Below are positions 44,469 to 56,821 of a DNA stretch of 64,000 nt, piece after piece. The translations under genes and the position numbers were made by a program. The DNA comes from Sedimenticola sp. GTDB lineage: Bacteria > Pseudomonadota > Gammaproteobacteria > Chromatiales > Chromatiaceae. Numbering within the stretch: position 1 is the stretch's first letter; each line of letters starts with the position of its first letter. The notes beneath the pieces are model-generated. The model was not told where the DNA came from, did not search any database, and saw nothing but the letters and a program-made list of their open reading frames with translations. Location of the stretch: the NCBI GenBank assembly GCA_026992075.1, contig JALXAM010000028.1, forward strand, positions 28,289 to 92,288, read 5' to 3'.

Positions 44469-44547
44469 GATGTCACCCGGTCGTGATTCTTGGTTCAGGT
44501 TCGACGCTGGTCGGCAAGGAGCCGAAACGTCTCGAAAAAGACGGGGA

Positions 44548-44576
44548 AATCTATTCCATTCGTTACGTCCTGTCAA
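44548..44576 (-). promoter_or_regulatory. sigma70 promoter of rpmH operon
   Basis: TTGACA-N17-TAGATT on - strand, ~80 nt upstream of rpmH. Confidence 0.7.
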
Positions 44577-44675
44577 TCACGACCGATGCCGTCCCCATCC
44601 CATCTCGCACACTACCTTCGCCAGATTCGCCACGCTTTCCTTGTTCGGTGAAACCCCCCCATCCTTGGTAATGGA

Positions 44676-45188
44676 TCAACGTGGCTGAGGAGCTGGCACC
44701 GGCTGGATGGAGACCGGCGGCCGGGCCGTCGGGGGACGGTTCGCTGGAGGACGGGAACCAGGCGGCCGGTAGGCCGGGTGATCCGGCTGGCCGGGCCGTA
44801 CCGGCTTTTCCGGGCGGATCAAAGGAGGATTGCGATAGACAGGATAGTAGCCACCGCTCTCCTCCTTTTGGATCACCACCACGTTGGGCTTGCTCCGGGC
44901 CTCGGCCTTGCGGGCCGCCTCTCTTTCCTTTTCCCGCTTTTCCCGGGCCTTGCGAGCCTCCTCGGCCAGTTTTTCCGTCTCCTGGGCACGCTTCCTCGCC
45001 GCTTCCACCGCTTCCGGCGAGGGCTCTGGGTCCACCGGCACCACCTCCTCTCTCACCGCACCCGGCACCGGCTGGTCGGAATAGGTGACATGGCCCTTCT
45101 CGTCCACATATTTCCTCGGCATCTCGCCAGCCTGTAGCGGCACCGCCACGCCCAGCAGGCACAGGCAAAGCCATCTTTGCAAATACAC
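44676..45188 (-). CDS. DUF4124-like secreted protein with Pro-rich tail
   Basis: GGAGGA RBS + GTG; signal peptide; KYVDEKGHVTYSDQP; charged helix; RPP repeats. Confidence 0.72.
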   Translation of the reverse strand: MYLQRWLCLCLLGVAVPLQAGEMPRKYVDEKGHVTYSDQPVPGAVREEVVPVDPEPSPEAVEAARKRAQETEKLAEEARKAREKREKEREAARKAEARSKPNVVVIQKEESGGYYPVYRNPPLIRPEKPVRPGQPDHPAYRPPGSRPPANRPPTARPPVSIQPVPAPQPR

Positions 45189-45350
45189 CTCGAATCCTCC
45201 ATGGGGGAACAGCGGTGGAAACACCATACCACAGGTGGACCCTCGTCGATCGCTGCACAACCTGGCCTTACCCCCGGCAACGACACGCTTCCACTCCCGG
45301 TGCGATCCGGGTGCTGTGATAAGGTTCCGGGCGGCAAGGAGGTCTACCCA

Positions 45351-48269
45351 ATGAAAAAGGGCAGAAAACACTTTTCACTCCAGTTCCACATCACTCTTCT
45401 CTTTCTGTTGTCGATGGCGGCCGTTGCAATTCTGCTGGTGCTGCACAACCAGCGCGGCACTCGCCAGATCATCCTTTCCACCACGGATACCCTGGTGGAC
45501 ACCATCGCAAGTCAGGTACGCGCCAGCCTCAGCGAAACCCACGGCCCGGCCTATATGGCTGTCTCCCTGCTCGGTCGAACGAATCTCGCCAAGGCACGCA
45601 CCCCCGAACAACGTGCGGCATTTCTCCCCCTCATGGCCCAAGTGTTGGTGGAGCTGCCCCACCTCTCCGCCATTCAAATCGGTTACGCCAATGGTGACTA
45701 CTTCATTCTCCGGCCTCTGAACGGCCCTCGAACGCGCCAAGCCTTCCATGCCCCAGCCCAGGCTGCTTACCTGGAAGACCAGGTCTTCACCAGCAAAGAC
45801 AAGCGTTTCCTCCAGCGGCGCTTTTACGATAGAAACCTGAAACCCGTGGGCGCCACCCGCCGTGAGCCCACCACTTATGATCCACGGGCCCGTCCTTGGT
45901 ACCGTGAAGCCCTCACTCGAACAGAGCCGATCCTCTCTGATCCCTATCCCTATTTCTTTCGGCATCAGGTGGGTGTGACCGTGGCTCGCAGCATCCCCGG
46001 AAAGGGTGCCGTGGTGGCGGCCGACCTCACTCTGGACGCCCTTTCTCGCTCACTGCCCAAGGAGGTGGTGACCCCTTCATCGGAAGTGGTGCTCTATGAC
46101 GACCGAGGCAGGGTGTACGCTCATCACGATGCAAGCCGCCTGGTGTGGATAGAAGGCGACGACGCCCGCGTGGCTCGGCTGGACGAACTGGGGAGCCTCC
46201 CCCTGTCGACTCTGGCTCACAAGCACACCCTATTCCAAGAGCAGGGCGTACATCACTTTTTCGTGCAAAAGGAGCCCTGGAGCGTCCGGCTGCGACGCAT
46301 CTCAACCGGCGGTGGCCGCGCCCTCAACCTGGCCGTGGTGATACCCGACCGCGAACTGATGTCCGATGCCCACCGCATCTCGAAACAGGGCGCCGCCATC
46401 GGTGTGGGGATTGCTCTCTTCTCGATCCCCCTGCTGATAATTTTCGCCCGGCGGGTGAGCCTGCCCCTGCATCGGCTGGCGGCGGAGACCGAACGCATCC
46501 AGCGATTCGAGTTCGGTGACTCGGTGTTGCCACCTTCCCGAATCACCGAAGTGCGGCAACTGGAAAAGGCGCTGCGGGCCCTCAAACAGACCACCACCCG
46601 CTTCCTGCACCTCATCGCCACGCTGGCGGAAGAGCAGGATTTCGATCGCATTCTATCCATTTTCTGCCACGAGACCCGTGAAGCAAGCAACGCCGATGCC
46701 GTGGGTGTGATGCTGCTGGATCAAGATCGGGACCTGTTGCTGACGAAGAGCTGGACCACCCCTGGTGGAAACTGGAATCCTTTGCCTGAGCGACTGGAGC
46801 TGTCGAGCCCCGAGGCCCGACCCATGCGCGAGGTGCTGGAGAGCCGGAAAGGACGACTACTGCGGCTGCAGCCCGATCGGGATGGCTGGTTTGGCCGTTT
46901 GCCAAAGGAGCCGACCGAATTGCAGCTCTATCTGCTGCCCCTGCTGAGTCGCAGCAGCCGACCCCTGGGCGTGGTCTTCCTCGTCTCCACCGACCGTCTG
47001 GCCGGGAGCCAGAACGGCTTGTCGAACTGGCAGCATTTCGTTGCCACCTTGAGCGGCTTTGCTGCCGTGACCCTGGAGACACGCGCTCTGCTCGATTCGC
47101 GCAAGGCGTTGCTCGACAGCTTCATCCAGGTGATCGCCGCCGCCATCGACGCCAAGTCGCCCTACACCGGCGGCCACTGCCAACGGGTGCCGGAGCTGAC
47201 CCTCATGTTGCACCAGGCCGCGGCGGAGAGCGATGCTCCTGCCTTTCGCGATTTCAACCCGGGGGACGAGGAGCGCGAAGCCCTGCAGATCGCCGCCTGG
47301 CTGCACGACTGCGGCAAGGTGACCACTCCCGAATTCGTGGTGGACAAGGCCACCCGCCTGGAGACTCTCTACAACCGTATCCACGAGATCCGCACCCGCT
47401 TCGAGGTGCTCAAGCGGGACGCCTGGATTCGCTACTGGAAAGGGGTGGCCGAAGGTGAAGACGAGGCCCACCTGAAGCAGGAGCTGGAGCAGACACTGGC
47501 CACCCTGGACGAGGAGTTCGCCTTCGTCGCAGCCTGCAACTCCGGAGAAGAGGCGATGACGCCGGAAAAGGTGGAACGGTTGAAGCGCATCGGCAACCGC
47601 ACCTGGACCCGCACCCTGGATGACACCCTGGGGTTGTCGGAAGAGGAGCTGGAGCGAAAGAGGGCAACCGCCAAAGCGTCATTGCCGGTGGAGGAGCCCC
47701 TGCTGGCCGACCGACCCGAACACCTGGTCCCCTGGAATAGACAGCAGCCGCTGCCGGAAAGCAGCCGCTGGCATTTCCAGATGAACCCTCCGGAATACCG
47801 GCTGCACCTGGGCGAAATCCACAATCTGAGCATTCCGCGGGGCACCCTCACCGAAGAGGAGCGTTTTCTCATCAACCAGCACATCGTTCAGACCATGGTC
47901 ATGTTGGGCCGGTTACCCTATCCGCGCTACCTGAAGGAAGTTCCGGAGATCGCCGGCGCCCATCATGAAAAGATGGACGGTTCCGGTTATCCCCTTGGAC
48001 TGAGCCGGGAACAGATCCCCCTGCCGGGGCGGATGATGGCCATCGCCGACATCTTCGAGGCCCTCACCGCGGCCGACCGACCCTACAAGCCGGCAAAGAA
48101 GCTTAGCGAGGCGGTGCACATCCTCTGGTCGATGATGGAGGAGGGCCACATAGACCCCGATCTGTTCGATCTGTTCCTGCGCAGCGGCATCTACCGAAGA
48201 TACGCCGAAATCCACCTCGAGCCGGAACAGATCGACGAGGTGAAGATCGAGAACTATCTGACCCAATGA
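45351..48269 (+). CDS. HD-GYP c-di-GMP phosphodiesterase with Cache-like sensor, HAMP and GAF-like domains
   Basis: TM-periplasmic-TM (YDPRARPWY), AIDAKSPYTGGHC, LHDCGK, HHEKMDGSGYP, ADIFEALTA..RPYK. Confidence 0.88.
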   Translation: MKKGRKHFSLQFHITLLFLLSMAAVAILLVLHNQRGTRQIILSTTDTLVDTIASQVRASLSETHGPAYMAVSLLGRTNLAKARTPEQRAAFLPLMAQVLVELPHLSAIQIGYANGDYFILRPLNGPRTRQAFHAPAQAAYLEDQVFTSKDKRFLQRRFYDRNLKPVGATRREPTTYDPRARPWYREALTRTEPILSDPYPYFFRHQVGVTVARSIPGKGAVVAADLTLDALSRSLPKEVVTPSSEVVLYDDRGRVYAHHDASRLVWIEGDDARVARLDELGSLPLSTLAHKHTLFQEQGVHHFFVQKEPWSVRLRRISTGGGRALNLAVVIPDRELMSDAHRISKQGAAIGVGIALFSIPLLIIFARRVSLPLHRLAAETERIQRFEFGDSVLPPSRITEVRQLEKALRALKQTTTRFLHLIATLAEEQDFDRILSIFCHETREASNADAVGVMLLDQDRDLLLTKSWTTPGGNWNPLPERLELSSPEARPMREVLESRKGRLLRLQPDRDGWFGRLPKEPTELQLYLLPLLSRSSRPLGVVFLVSTDRLAGSQNGLSNWQHFVATLSGFAAVTLETRALLDSRKALLDSFIQVIAAAIDAKSPYTGGHCQRVPELTLMLHQAAAESDAPAFRDFNPGDEEREALQIAAWLHDCGKVTTPEFVVDKATRLETLYNRIHEIRTRFEVLKRDAWIRYWKGVAEGEDEAHLKQELEQTLATLDEEFAFVAACNSGEEAMTPEKVERLKRIGNRTWTRTLDDTLGLSEEELERKRATAKASLPVEEPLLADRPEHLVPWNRQQPLPESSRWHFQMNPPEYRLHLGEIHNLSIPRGTLTEEERFLINQHIVQTMVMLGRLPYPRYLKEVPEIAGAHHEKMDGSGYPLGLSREQIPLPGRMMAIADIFEALTAADRPYKPAKKLSEAVHILWSMMEEGHIDPDLFDLFLRSGIYRRYAEIHLEPEQIDEVKIENYLTQ

Positions 48270-48307
48270 GGCTGTGACTTCCAGCCCTCCAAGTGGGGAT
48301 AGGCATG

Positions 48308-48332
48308 AAAAACCCCGCCACGAAGGCGGGGT
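48308..48332 (-). terminator. groEL terminator
   Basis: ACCCCGCC/GGCGGGGT stem followed by TTTTT on - strand. Confidence 0.75.
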
Positions 48333-48359
48333 CCTGTGCGGTTGAGACTGCTTGGGCGC

Positions 48360-50012
<1,653 letters not shown>

Positions 50013-50097
50013 CTAAAAGTTGTTCGGTTAACTGTTCTCTCTGTTGCCGGCCCGGAATTTGCAGGCCGGCACCTGCTGTTCGTCTTTCCCGGGATGC

Positions 50098-50388
50098 TCA
50101 GTCCTCGATGACACCCATGATGTCTTCTTCCCGCATCACCAGGAACTCTTCCCCATCGAGTTTCACCTCGGTGCCGGCATACTTGCCGAACAGCACCTTG
50201 TCACCCACCTTCACATCCAGTGGACGCACTTCGCCGTTGTCCAGGATCCTGCCGTTGCCCACGGCGATGACCTCGCCCTGGATCGGCTTCTCGGTGGCGG
50301 TGTCGGGAAGCACGATGCCGCCGGGGGTGGTGGTCTCCTCTTCCGTGCGGCGAATGACCACGCGGTCATGCAAGGGACGGATCTTCAT
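50098..50388 (-). CDS. groS: Co-chaperonin GroES
   Basis: [28 protein letters not shown]. Confidence 0.98.
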   Translation of the reverse strand: MKIRPLHDRVVIRRTEEETTTPGGIVLPDTATEKPIQGEVIAVGNGRILDNGEVRPLDVKVGDKVLFGKYAGTEVKLDGEEFLVMREEDIMGVIED

Positions 50389-50443
50389 ATGACTGACTCC
50401 TCGAATTTGCTTTTTCTGAAGTGGGTTGATCGAAAATGGGGTG

Positions 50444-50470
50444 TTAGCACTCCCCCGAAGTGAGTGCTAA
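50444..50470. promoter_or_regulatory. CIRCE element (HrcA operator)
   Basis: Perfect TTAGCACTC-N9-GAGTGCTAA. Confidence 0.95.
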
Positions 50471-50498
50471 TAATAGGGGCGGCTTCCTGAAAGTCAAG
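50471..50498 (-). promoter_or_regulatory. sigma32-like promoter for groESL
   Basis: CTTGAC-N13-CCCCTATTA on - strand immediately upstream of CIRCE. Confidence 0.6.
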
Positions 50499-50503
50499 GG
50501 GCG

Positions 50504-50950
50504 TCAATCATCCCGTCGGTATTCGCCTTCAATGACCCGGATTCGGCCATTGCTGGCCGTTTCCCCGAAGTCACCGTCCAGCGGCTGCATCACCCCGGCA
50601 TGGCGCAGGAAGGCCACCGCCATCCAGCGGCACAGGGGGGTCACCAGCAGCAGAAAACCCATGGCATCGGTGAGGAAACCGGGGAAGAGCAGCATCAGAC
50701 CCGCCAGCATGAGCAGGGCACCCTCGAGCATCTCGATGGCCGGCGCCTCCCCCCGGGCCAGCACCTGCTGCACCCGGAACAGCACTGAAACTCCCTGCAG
50801 CCGCACCAGCCAGGCACCCAACAGCGCGGTGAAGACGCTGAGCAGGATGGTGGGCAGGGCACCGATACGGCTGCCCACCTCGATGAGCAGGTAGAGCTCC
50901 ACCAGGGGAGCGCCCACCAGAACGAGGAAAAAAATAAATATCGGATTCAT
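50504..50950 (-). CDS. fxsA: FxsA family membrane protein
   Basis: PLVELYLLIEVG, PGFLTDAMG, VIEGEYRRDD. Confidence 0.9.
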   Translation of the reverse strand: MNPIFIFFLVLVGAPLVELYLLIEVGSRIGALPTILLSVFTALLGAWLVRLQGVSVLFRVQQVLARGEAPAIEMLEGALLMLAGLMLLFPGFLTDAMGFLLLVTPLCRWMAVAFLRHAGVMQPLDGDFGETASNGRIRVIEGEYRRDD

Positions 50951-51007
50951 CTTGCACACCTTGGGTCAAAACCGTTTAATTCAAGGCTTTCCCTGTTTGC
51001 TCCTGAA

Positions 51008-51349
51008 ATGAACACGCCCATTTCCCAGGCTCCCTCCTTGCTTGTGGTGCTCTGCACCTGTCCGCCCGAGGCGGCCGAGCGCCTTGCCGCCACCTTGGTG
51101 GAGAACCGGCTGGCCGCCTGCGTCAACATCACCGGCACGGTACGGTCGGTATACCATTGGCAGGGGAAAGTGCAAAAGGAGGAGGAACGATTGCTGGTGA
51201 TCAAGACCACGCCGGCGCGGTGGCAGGCCCTGGAACAAAAGCTGGCCGAGGTGCATCCCTACGAGGTACCCGAGATCATCGCCCTGCCGGTCCATCGAGG
51301 CGCCGAAAGTTACCTGCGCTGGGTCGAGGAGAGTCTATGTACAAACTGA
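51008..51349 (+). CDS. cutA: Divalent-cation tolerance protein CutA
   Basis: LVENRLAACVNI, SVYHWQG, VIKT, HPYEVPEIIALP. Confidence 0.93.
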   Translation: MNTPISQAPSLLVVLCTCPPEAAERLAATLVENRLAACVNITGTVRSVYHWQGKVQKEEERLLVIKTTPARWQALEQKLAEVHPYEVPEIIALPVHRGAESYLRWVEESLCTN

Positions 51350-53766
51350 TCCACCTGCTCATCCTGCTCCTGATCGTCTCATTTTCATGGGCGGAGGAAC
51401 CTCTTCTCAAGCCGGATCAGGCCTTCGCCATCTCCAGCCGTACGGAGGGAAACCGGGTGATCGTCCACTGGGACATCGCCGATGGTTACTACCTCTATCG
51501 CAGCAAGTTCCGGTTCCACACTCCTGACAGTCGTGTAACCCTGGGGGAGCCCGATCTGCCGGAAGGGGAAATCATAGAGGATCCCTTCTTCGGCAGACTG
51601 GAGATCTACCGCAAGTCGGTGGATGTGGCCCTGCCGATCCATTACAACGGCGGCGAGCCTCCCGGGCTGGTCCAACTAAACGTCCGCTCCCAGGGCTGCG
51701 CGGATCTGGGCATCTGCTTCCCGCCCCATGAACAGACATTGCTGGTGGCCCTGGACGAGCAGGCCGACCAACCGCCTCCGGTGGCCGCCTCGGCGGTGGC
51801 GGACGTGGAACAGTCCCTGGAGCAGATTTCGGGGTCTCCCACAGGGAACGATCCGGCTGTTCCCGGCCCGATCGAACAGGAACGGGCCCCGTCCACGGAG
51901 GAGACCCCGCCGGAAGAGGAACCGAGCCCTGCCAGTACCGGGGCATCATCCGCTCCCCCGCTCGAGGCCCTGTCGCAACTGGGGAACAGCCTGGGATTGG
52001 AGAGCGACGGTTTCCTGCCACCGGACAAGGCCTACCAGGTGGTACCCCAGGTGGTGGACGGCAACCGGCTGCAACTGGACTTCAAGGTGGCCGATGGAAC
52101 CTACCTCTACGAAGACAAACTCCAGGTGAGCATCGAAGGGGAAGGGGTTTCCCTGGGTGCCCTGGAATTGCCCGAGCCCAAGATCAAGCAGAACACCATC
52201 AGGCCCGACGGCACCATCGGCGACGTGCCGGTCTATGCGCACGACTTTCGGGTGGGAATCCCCCTGCAACGGGAGCAGACCGCTCCCCTGGACGTGAAGT
52301 TGGTGGTGAAATATCAGGGCTGCGCGGAAGCAGGAATCTGCTATCCGCCGCAGAAGAAGGTGTTCGACCTCTCCCTGCCGGCGGTCTCCACCACCTCTGC
52401 CACGCCCACCCCTGCTTCACCTTCCTCCGGCGAACCAGCCGGTTCCGTGCCGGCTGAACAATCGGAACAGGACCGCATCGCCGGCATGCTGCGCTCTGGC
52501 AGCACCTGGCTGGTGGTGGCCAGCTTCTTCGGCCTGGGGCTGCTACTCTCCCTCACCCCCTGTGTCTTCCCCATGATCCCCATCCTCTCCGGTATCATCG
52601 CCGGACAGGGCCGACAGGTGACGACCGGTCGAGCTTTCTGGCTGTCGCTGGTGTTCGTGCTGGCCATGGCGGTCACCTACACCATCGCCGGCGTGCTGGC
52701 CGGATTGTTCGGCGCCAACCTGCAGGCGGCCTTTCAGAATCCCTGGATCCTCAGCTTTTTCGCCCTGGTCTTCGTGCTGCTGGCCCTCTCCATGTTCGGC
52801 TTCTATGAACTGCAGCTACCCGCCAGCTGGCAGACCAGGCTGAGCGAGATCAGCAACCGCCAGCAGGGGGGACAGTTTGCCGGTGTTGCGGTGATGGGGC
52901 TGCTCTCTGCCCTCATCGTGGGGCCCTGCGTGGCGCCACCCCTGGCCGGCGCGCTCATCTTCATCGGCCAGACCGGCGACTGGCAGCTCGGAGGTCTGGC
53001 GCTCTTCGCCATGAGCCTGGGCATGGGCGCCCCGCTCATCGTGGTCGGCACCTCCGCCGGCAAGCTGCTACCACGCGCCGGCAGCTGGATGGACGCGGTG
53101 AAGGCGGTGTTCGGCGTCATCATGCTGGGGCTGGCCATCATCATGCTGGAACGCTTTCTCGATCCCCTGATTCCCATGTTGCTGTGGGGCATCCTGCTGG
53201 TGGTCTCCTCCATCTACATGGGAGCCCTGCAACCACTACCGGCGGATGCTTCCGGGTGGCGCAAATTGTGGAAAGGGCTGGGCGTGGTGCTTCTCATCTA
53301 CGGTACTCTCTTCCTGGTGGGGGTGGCGGCAAACGGTCGAGACACCCTGCAGCCTTTGCGTGGCATCCTGCCTGCCGGAGGGGTGAACACCCAGGCGAGC
53401 AGTCACGTCGCCTTCAAACGGATCAAGAGCGTCGACGATCTGGAGCGGGAGCTGGCCGCGGCACAGGCGGCGGGCAAACCGGTGATGCTGGATTTCTACG
53501 CCGACTGGTGTATCTACTGCAAGACGTTGGAAAAGAACGTCTTTCCGGATCCCCGCGTGCGCGCCTACCTGGATCAGTTCGTACTGCTACAGGCGGACGT
53601 CACCGATCAGGACGAACAGGATCTGGAACTGCAACGCCGGTTCGAAGTACCCGCCCCGCCTGCGCTCATCTTTTGGAACCGGCAGGGCGAAGAGCTGCGC
53701 GCTCTACGCATCATGGGCGACGTGGACGCCGCCGAGCTGGCTCGTCACCTGGCAAAGGTGCGCTGA
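51337..53766 (+). CDS. dsbD: Thiol:disulfide interchange protein DsbD with two N-terminal domains
   Basis: QGCADLGICFPP and QGCAEAGICYPP; LTPCVFPMIP; PCVAPP; C-terminal WCIYCK. Confidence 0.93.
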   Translation: MYKLIHLLILLLIVSFSWAEEPLLKPDQAFAISSRTEGNRVIVHWDIADGYYLYRSKFRFHTPDSRVTLGEPDLPEGEIIEDPFFGRLEIYRKSVDVALPIHYNGGEPPGLVQLNVRSQGCADLGICFPPHEQTLLVALDEQADQPPPVAASAVADVEQSLEQISGSPTGNDPAVPGPIEQERAPSTEETPPEEEPSPASTGASSAPPLEALSQLGNSLGLESDGFLPPDKAYQVVPQVVDGNRLQLDFKVADGTYLYEDKLQVSIEGEGVSLGALELPEPKIKQNTIRPDGTIGDVPVYAHDFRVGIPLQREQTAPLDVKLVVKYQGCAEAGICYPPQKKVFDLSLPAVSTTSATPTPASPSSGEPAGSVPAEQSEQDRIAGMLRSGSTWLVVASFFGLGLLLSLTPCVFPMIPILSGIIAGQGRQVTTGRAFWLSLVFVLAMAVTYTIAGVLAGLFGANLQAAFQNPWILSFFALVFVLLALSMFGFYELQLPASWQTRLSEISNRQQGGQFAGVAVMGLLSALIVGPCVAPPLAGALIFIGQTGDWQLGGLALFAMSLGMGAPLIVVGTSAGKLLPRAGSWMDAVKAVFGVIMLGLAIIMLERFLDPLIPMLLWGILLVVSSIYMGALQPLPADASGWRKLWKGLGVVLLIYGTLFLVGVAANGRDTLQPLRGILPAGGVNTQASSHVAFKRIKSVDDLERELAAAQAAGKPVMLDFYADWCIYCKTLEKNVFPDPRVRAYLDQFVLLQADVTDQDEQDLELQRRFEVPAPPALIFWNRQGEELRALRIMGDVDAAELARHLAKVR

Positions 53767-54308
53767 TGAGCCTGCGCCAGTTCCTGCTGTTGGCCTTCAT
53801 GGGCATCCTACTGGGCGCCGGAGCCGCCTTGGTCTATCGCTGGGTGCAGGAGGAGCAGCTACCGGTCCCTGTGGAGGGACCCGTGGAGCGGGTGCCTGAC
53901 TTCACTATCAACGATCTGGAAGGCAGCCCCTGGCGTATGGAGGAATGGCGAGGTCGGGTGATGGTGCTCAATTTCTGGGCCACCTGGTGTCCACCCTGCC
54001 GTAAGGAAATGCCGCTGTTCGTGCGCCTGGACGAAGAGTTTCGCAACCAGGGAGTGCTGTTCGTGGGTATCGCCATCGACGACCCACAGTCGGTGAGGGA
54101 CTTCGTCGATACCCATGGCATCGAGTTTCCCATTCTGCTGGGGCAGGAGAAAGGGGTGGAGCTGGCCAGGGAACTGGGCGATCGCTTGGGGGCACTCCCC
54201 TACACCGTCGTCACCGACCACAAGGGCCGCATCATCCTGCGCCGCGCCGGCGAGATGACCGAGCGAACCCTGAGGCCGCTACTCGAGAAACTCACCAACA
54301 GCCCCTGA
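53766..54308 (+). CDS. TlpA-family disulfide reductase
   Basis: N-terminal TM, LNFWATWCPPCRKEMP, LPYT. Confidence 0.88.
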   Translation: MSLRQFLLLAFMGILLGAGAALVYRWVQEEQLPVPVEGPVERVPDFTINDLEGSPWRMEEWRGRVMVLNFWATWCPPCRKEMPLFVRLDEEFRNQGVLFVGIAIDDPQSVRDFVDTHGIEFPILLGQEKGVELARELGDRLGALPYTVVTDHKGRIILRRAGEMTERTLRPLLEKLTNSP

Positions 54309-54538
54309 ACGATTTTCCTTTCGGGGTTTTTACCGGACGGCTTCCGCTTCGGACTCTGGACATTCCTGTCCGGTTCCAGCACAATTTCGCCAATTGATGG
54401 CCGAATTGCCGCATTTGGCTGCAAATTAAAGGCACCTCAAGGAATTCGAGATGCCCTTGCGGGAGCATGACGTCCCGCTGCTTTCACTTCAAATGGTTGA
54501 AAACGAAGCAAACCGGTAACCCGCTGGTCGATTTCTTC

Positions 54539-54988
54539 ATGGCGCGAATATTGGTTCTCAATGGTCCGAATCTCAACCTTCTCGGTACCCGGGAACCGGA
54601 TCACTATGGACGCCGTACCCTTGCCGAGATCGACCAACGGCTGGTGGAGCTGGCCGAGACAGCGGGACACCGGCTGGAGTCCTTCCAGTCCAACGCGGAA
54701 CACCAGCTCGTGGAACGCATCCACCAGGCCGGCCGGGACAATGTGGATTTCATCCTCATCAACCCGGCTGCCTTCACCCACACCAGCGTGGCGCTGCGTG
54801 ACGCCCTGCTGGGAGTGGCCATTCCCTTCATCGAGGTGCACCTTTCCAACGTCCATGCGCGTGAGCCCTTTCGCCACCACTCCTATCTCTCCGACGTGGC
54901 GCGAGGGGTGATCAGCGGTCTTGGACCGCTGGGCTACGAACTGGCCCTGCAGGCGGCGCTGGAACAGCTGGAGGCACCGACCCACTGA
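54539..54988 (+). CDS. aroQ: Type II 3-dehydroquinate dehydratase
   Basis: [46 protein letters not shown]. Confidence 0.96.
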   Translation: MARILVLNGPNLNLLGTREPDHYGRRTLAEIDQRLVELAETAGHRLESFQSNAEHQLVERIHQAGRDNVDFILINPAAFTHTSVALRDALLGVAIPFIEVHLSNVHAREPFRHHSYLSDVARGVISGLGPLGYELALQAALEQLEAPTH

Positions 54989-55008
54989 CAACCGGGGTTG
55001 TTCAAACA

Positions 55009-55455
55009 ATGGACATTCGCAAGGTCAAGAAACTGATCGAACTGCTCGAGTCCTCGGACATCGCCGAGATCGAGATCCACGAGGGCGAGGAGTCGGTGCG
55101 CATCAGCCGCTACGGTTCGGCACCGCCACCCGTCGCCGCGCCGCTTCCGGCACCCGCCGCCTCGGCACCGGCACCGGAGCCCGCTGCTCCGGCAGCAGAG
55201 GAGAAGGAGCCGGAGCTGGAGGGGCACGTCATCCGTTCGCCCATGGTGGGCACCTTCTACCGCGCCCCCTCGCCGGGAGCCAAGCCCTTCGTAACCGAAG
55301 GGCAGGCGGTGAAGCCGGGCGACACCCTCTGCATCATCGAAGCGATGAAGATCCTCAATCAGATCGAATCGGACACCGCCGGCGTGGTGAAGGCGATCCT
55401 GGTGGAGAACGGTCAGCCGGTGGAGTACAACCAGCCACTGTTCATCATCGAGTGA
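55009..55455 (+). CDS. accB: Biotin carboxyl carrier protein
   Basis: [27 protein letters not shown]. Confidence 0.97.
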   Translation: MDIRKVKKLIELLESSDIAEIEIHEGEESVRISRYGSAPPPVAAPLPAPAASAPAPEPAAPAAEEKEPELEGHVIRSPMVGTFYRAPSPGAKPFVTEGQAVKPGDTLCIIEAMKILNQIESDTAGVVKAILVENGQPVEYNQPLFIIE

Positions 55456-55465
55456 GGCCGCAGCC

Positions 55466-56806
55466 ATGATCGAGAAGATCGTCATCGCCAACCGGGGCGA
55501 GATTGCGCTGCGGATCCTGCGGGCCTGCCGCGAGCTGGGCATCCGCACCGTGGCCGTCCACTCGGAGGCGGACCGGACGCTCAAGCACGTGCGGCTGGCC
55601 GACGAATCGGTCTGTATCGGCCCCGCACCCTCGGCCGACAGCTATCTCAACGTCCCGGCATTGATCAGTGCCGCCGAGGTCACCGACGCCCAGGCCATCC
55701 ACCCCGGCTACGGCTTTCTGTCGGAAAACGCCGATTTCGCCGAACGGGTGGAGCAGAGTGGCTTCATCTTCATCGGCCCGCGGCCCGAGACCATCCGCCT
55801 GATGGGAGACAAGATCTCCGCCATCGAGGCGATGAAGGAGGCGGGGGTACCCACTGTGCCGGGGTCCGACGGGCCGCTGGACGACGATCCCGAACGCACC
55901 ATCAAGCTGGCCCGCAGGATCGGCTACCCGGTGATCATCAAGGCCGCCGGAGGCGGTGGCGGCCGGGGCATGCGGGTGGTGCACTCCGAAGCAGCGCTGC
56001 TGGGCGCCGTGGCCCTCACCCGGGAGGAGGCGCGCACCGCCTTCGGCAACGATACCCTCTACATGGAGAAGTTCCTGGGCAACCCGCGCCACGTGGAGTT
56101 CCAGGTGCTGGCGGACGAACATGGAAACGCCATCCATCTTGGAGAAAGGGACTGCTCCATGCAGCGGCGCCACCAGAAGGTGGTGGAGGAGGCACCGGCG
56201 CCCGGGATCTCGGACGAACTGCGCCAGGAGATCGGCAACGCCTGCGCCGAGGCCTGCCGCAAGATCGGCTACCGCGGTGCCGGCACCTTCGAGTTCCTCT
56301 ACGAGGATGGCGAGTTCTATTTCATCGAGATGAACACCCGGGTGCAGGTGGAGCATCCGGTCACCGAGATGGTCACCGGAGTGGACATCGTCAAGCAGCA
56401 GATTCTCATCGCCGCCGGCGAGAGACTCCCCTACACCCAGGAGGAGATCCAGCTGCGGGGGCATGCCATCGAGTGCCGCATCAACGCCGAGAACCCGGAA
56501 AACTTCATGCCCAGCCCCGGCACCATCACCCAGCTCCACGTGGCCGGCGGGCCCGGCATCCGCTTCGACAGTCACATCTACAACGGCTACACGGTGCCAC
56601 CCTACTACGACTCCATGATCGGCAAGCTCATCGCCTGGGGCGAGAACCGCACCTCCGCCATCGCCCGCATGCGCACCGCCCTGTCGGAGATGGTGATCGA
56701 GGGCATCCAGACCAACATTCCCTTGCAGGCCGACATCATGCGTGACTCCGGCTTCGAGGCGGGTGGCGCCAACATCCACTACCTGGAGAAGAAGCTGGGT
56801 CTCTGA
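55466..56806 (+). CDS. accC: Biotin carboxylase
   Basis: [47 protein letters not shown]. Confidence 0.98.
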   Translation: MIEKIVIANRGEIALRILRACRELGIRTVAVHSEADRTLKHVRLADESVCIGPAPSADSYLNVPALISAAEVTDAQAIHPGYGFLSENADFAERVEQSGFIFIGPRPETIRLMGDKISAIEAMKEAGVPTVPGSDGPLDDDPERTIKLARRIGYPVIIKAAGGGGGRGMRVVHSEAALLGAVALTREEARTAFGNDTLYMEKFLGNPRHVEFQVLADEHGNAIHLGERDCSMQRRHQKVVEEAPAPGISDELRQEIGNACAEACRKIGYRGAGTFEFLYEDGEFYFIEMNTRVQVEHPVTEMVTGVDIVKQQILIAAGERLPYTQEEIQLRGHAIECRINAENPENFMPSPGTITQLHVAGGPGIRFDSHIYNGYTVPPYYDSMIGKLIAWGENRTSAIARMRTALSEMVIEGIQTNIPLQADIMRDSGFEAGGANIHYLEKKLGL

Positions 56807-56821
56807 GCCTCCCGGCCGGAA

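Noticed and set aside
44479-44584. 10-bp inverted repeat GGTCGTGATT/AATCACGACC around the rpmH promoter
   Set aside because: Arms ~85 nt apart, single occurrence; may be chance
50961-50985. sigma32-like promoter for fxsA (CTTGAA...ACCCAA)
   Set aside because: Poor -10 match and almost no room for a leader; not supportable
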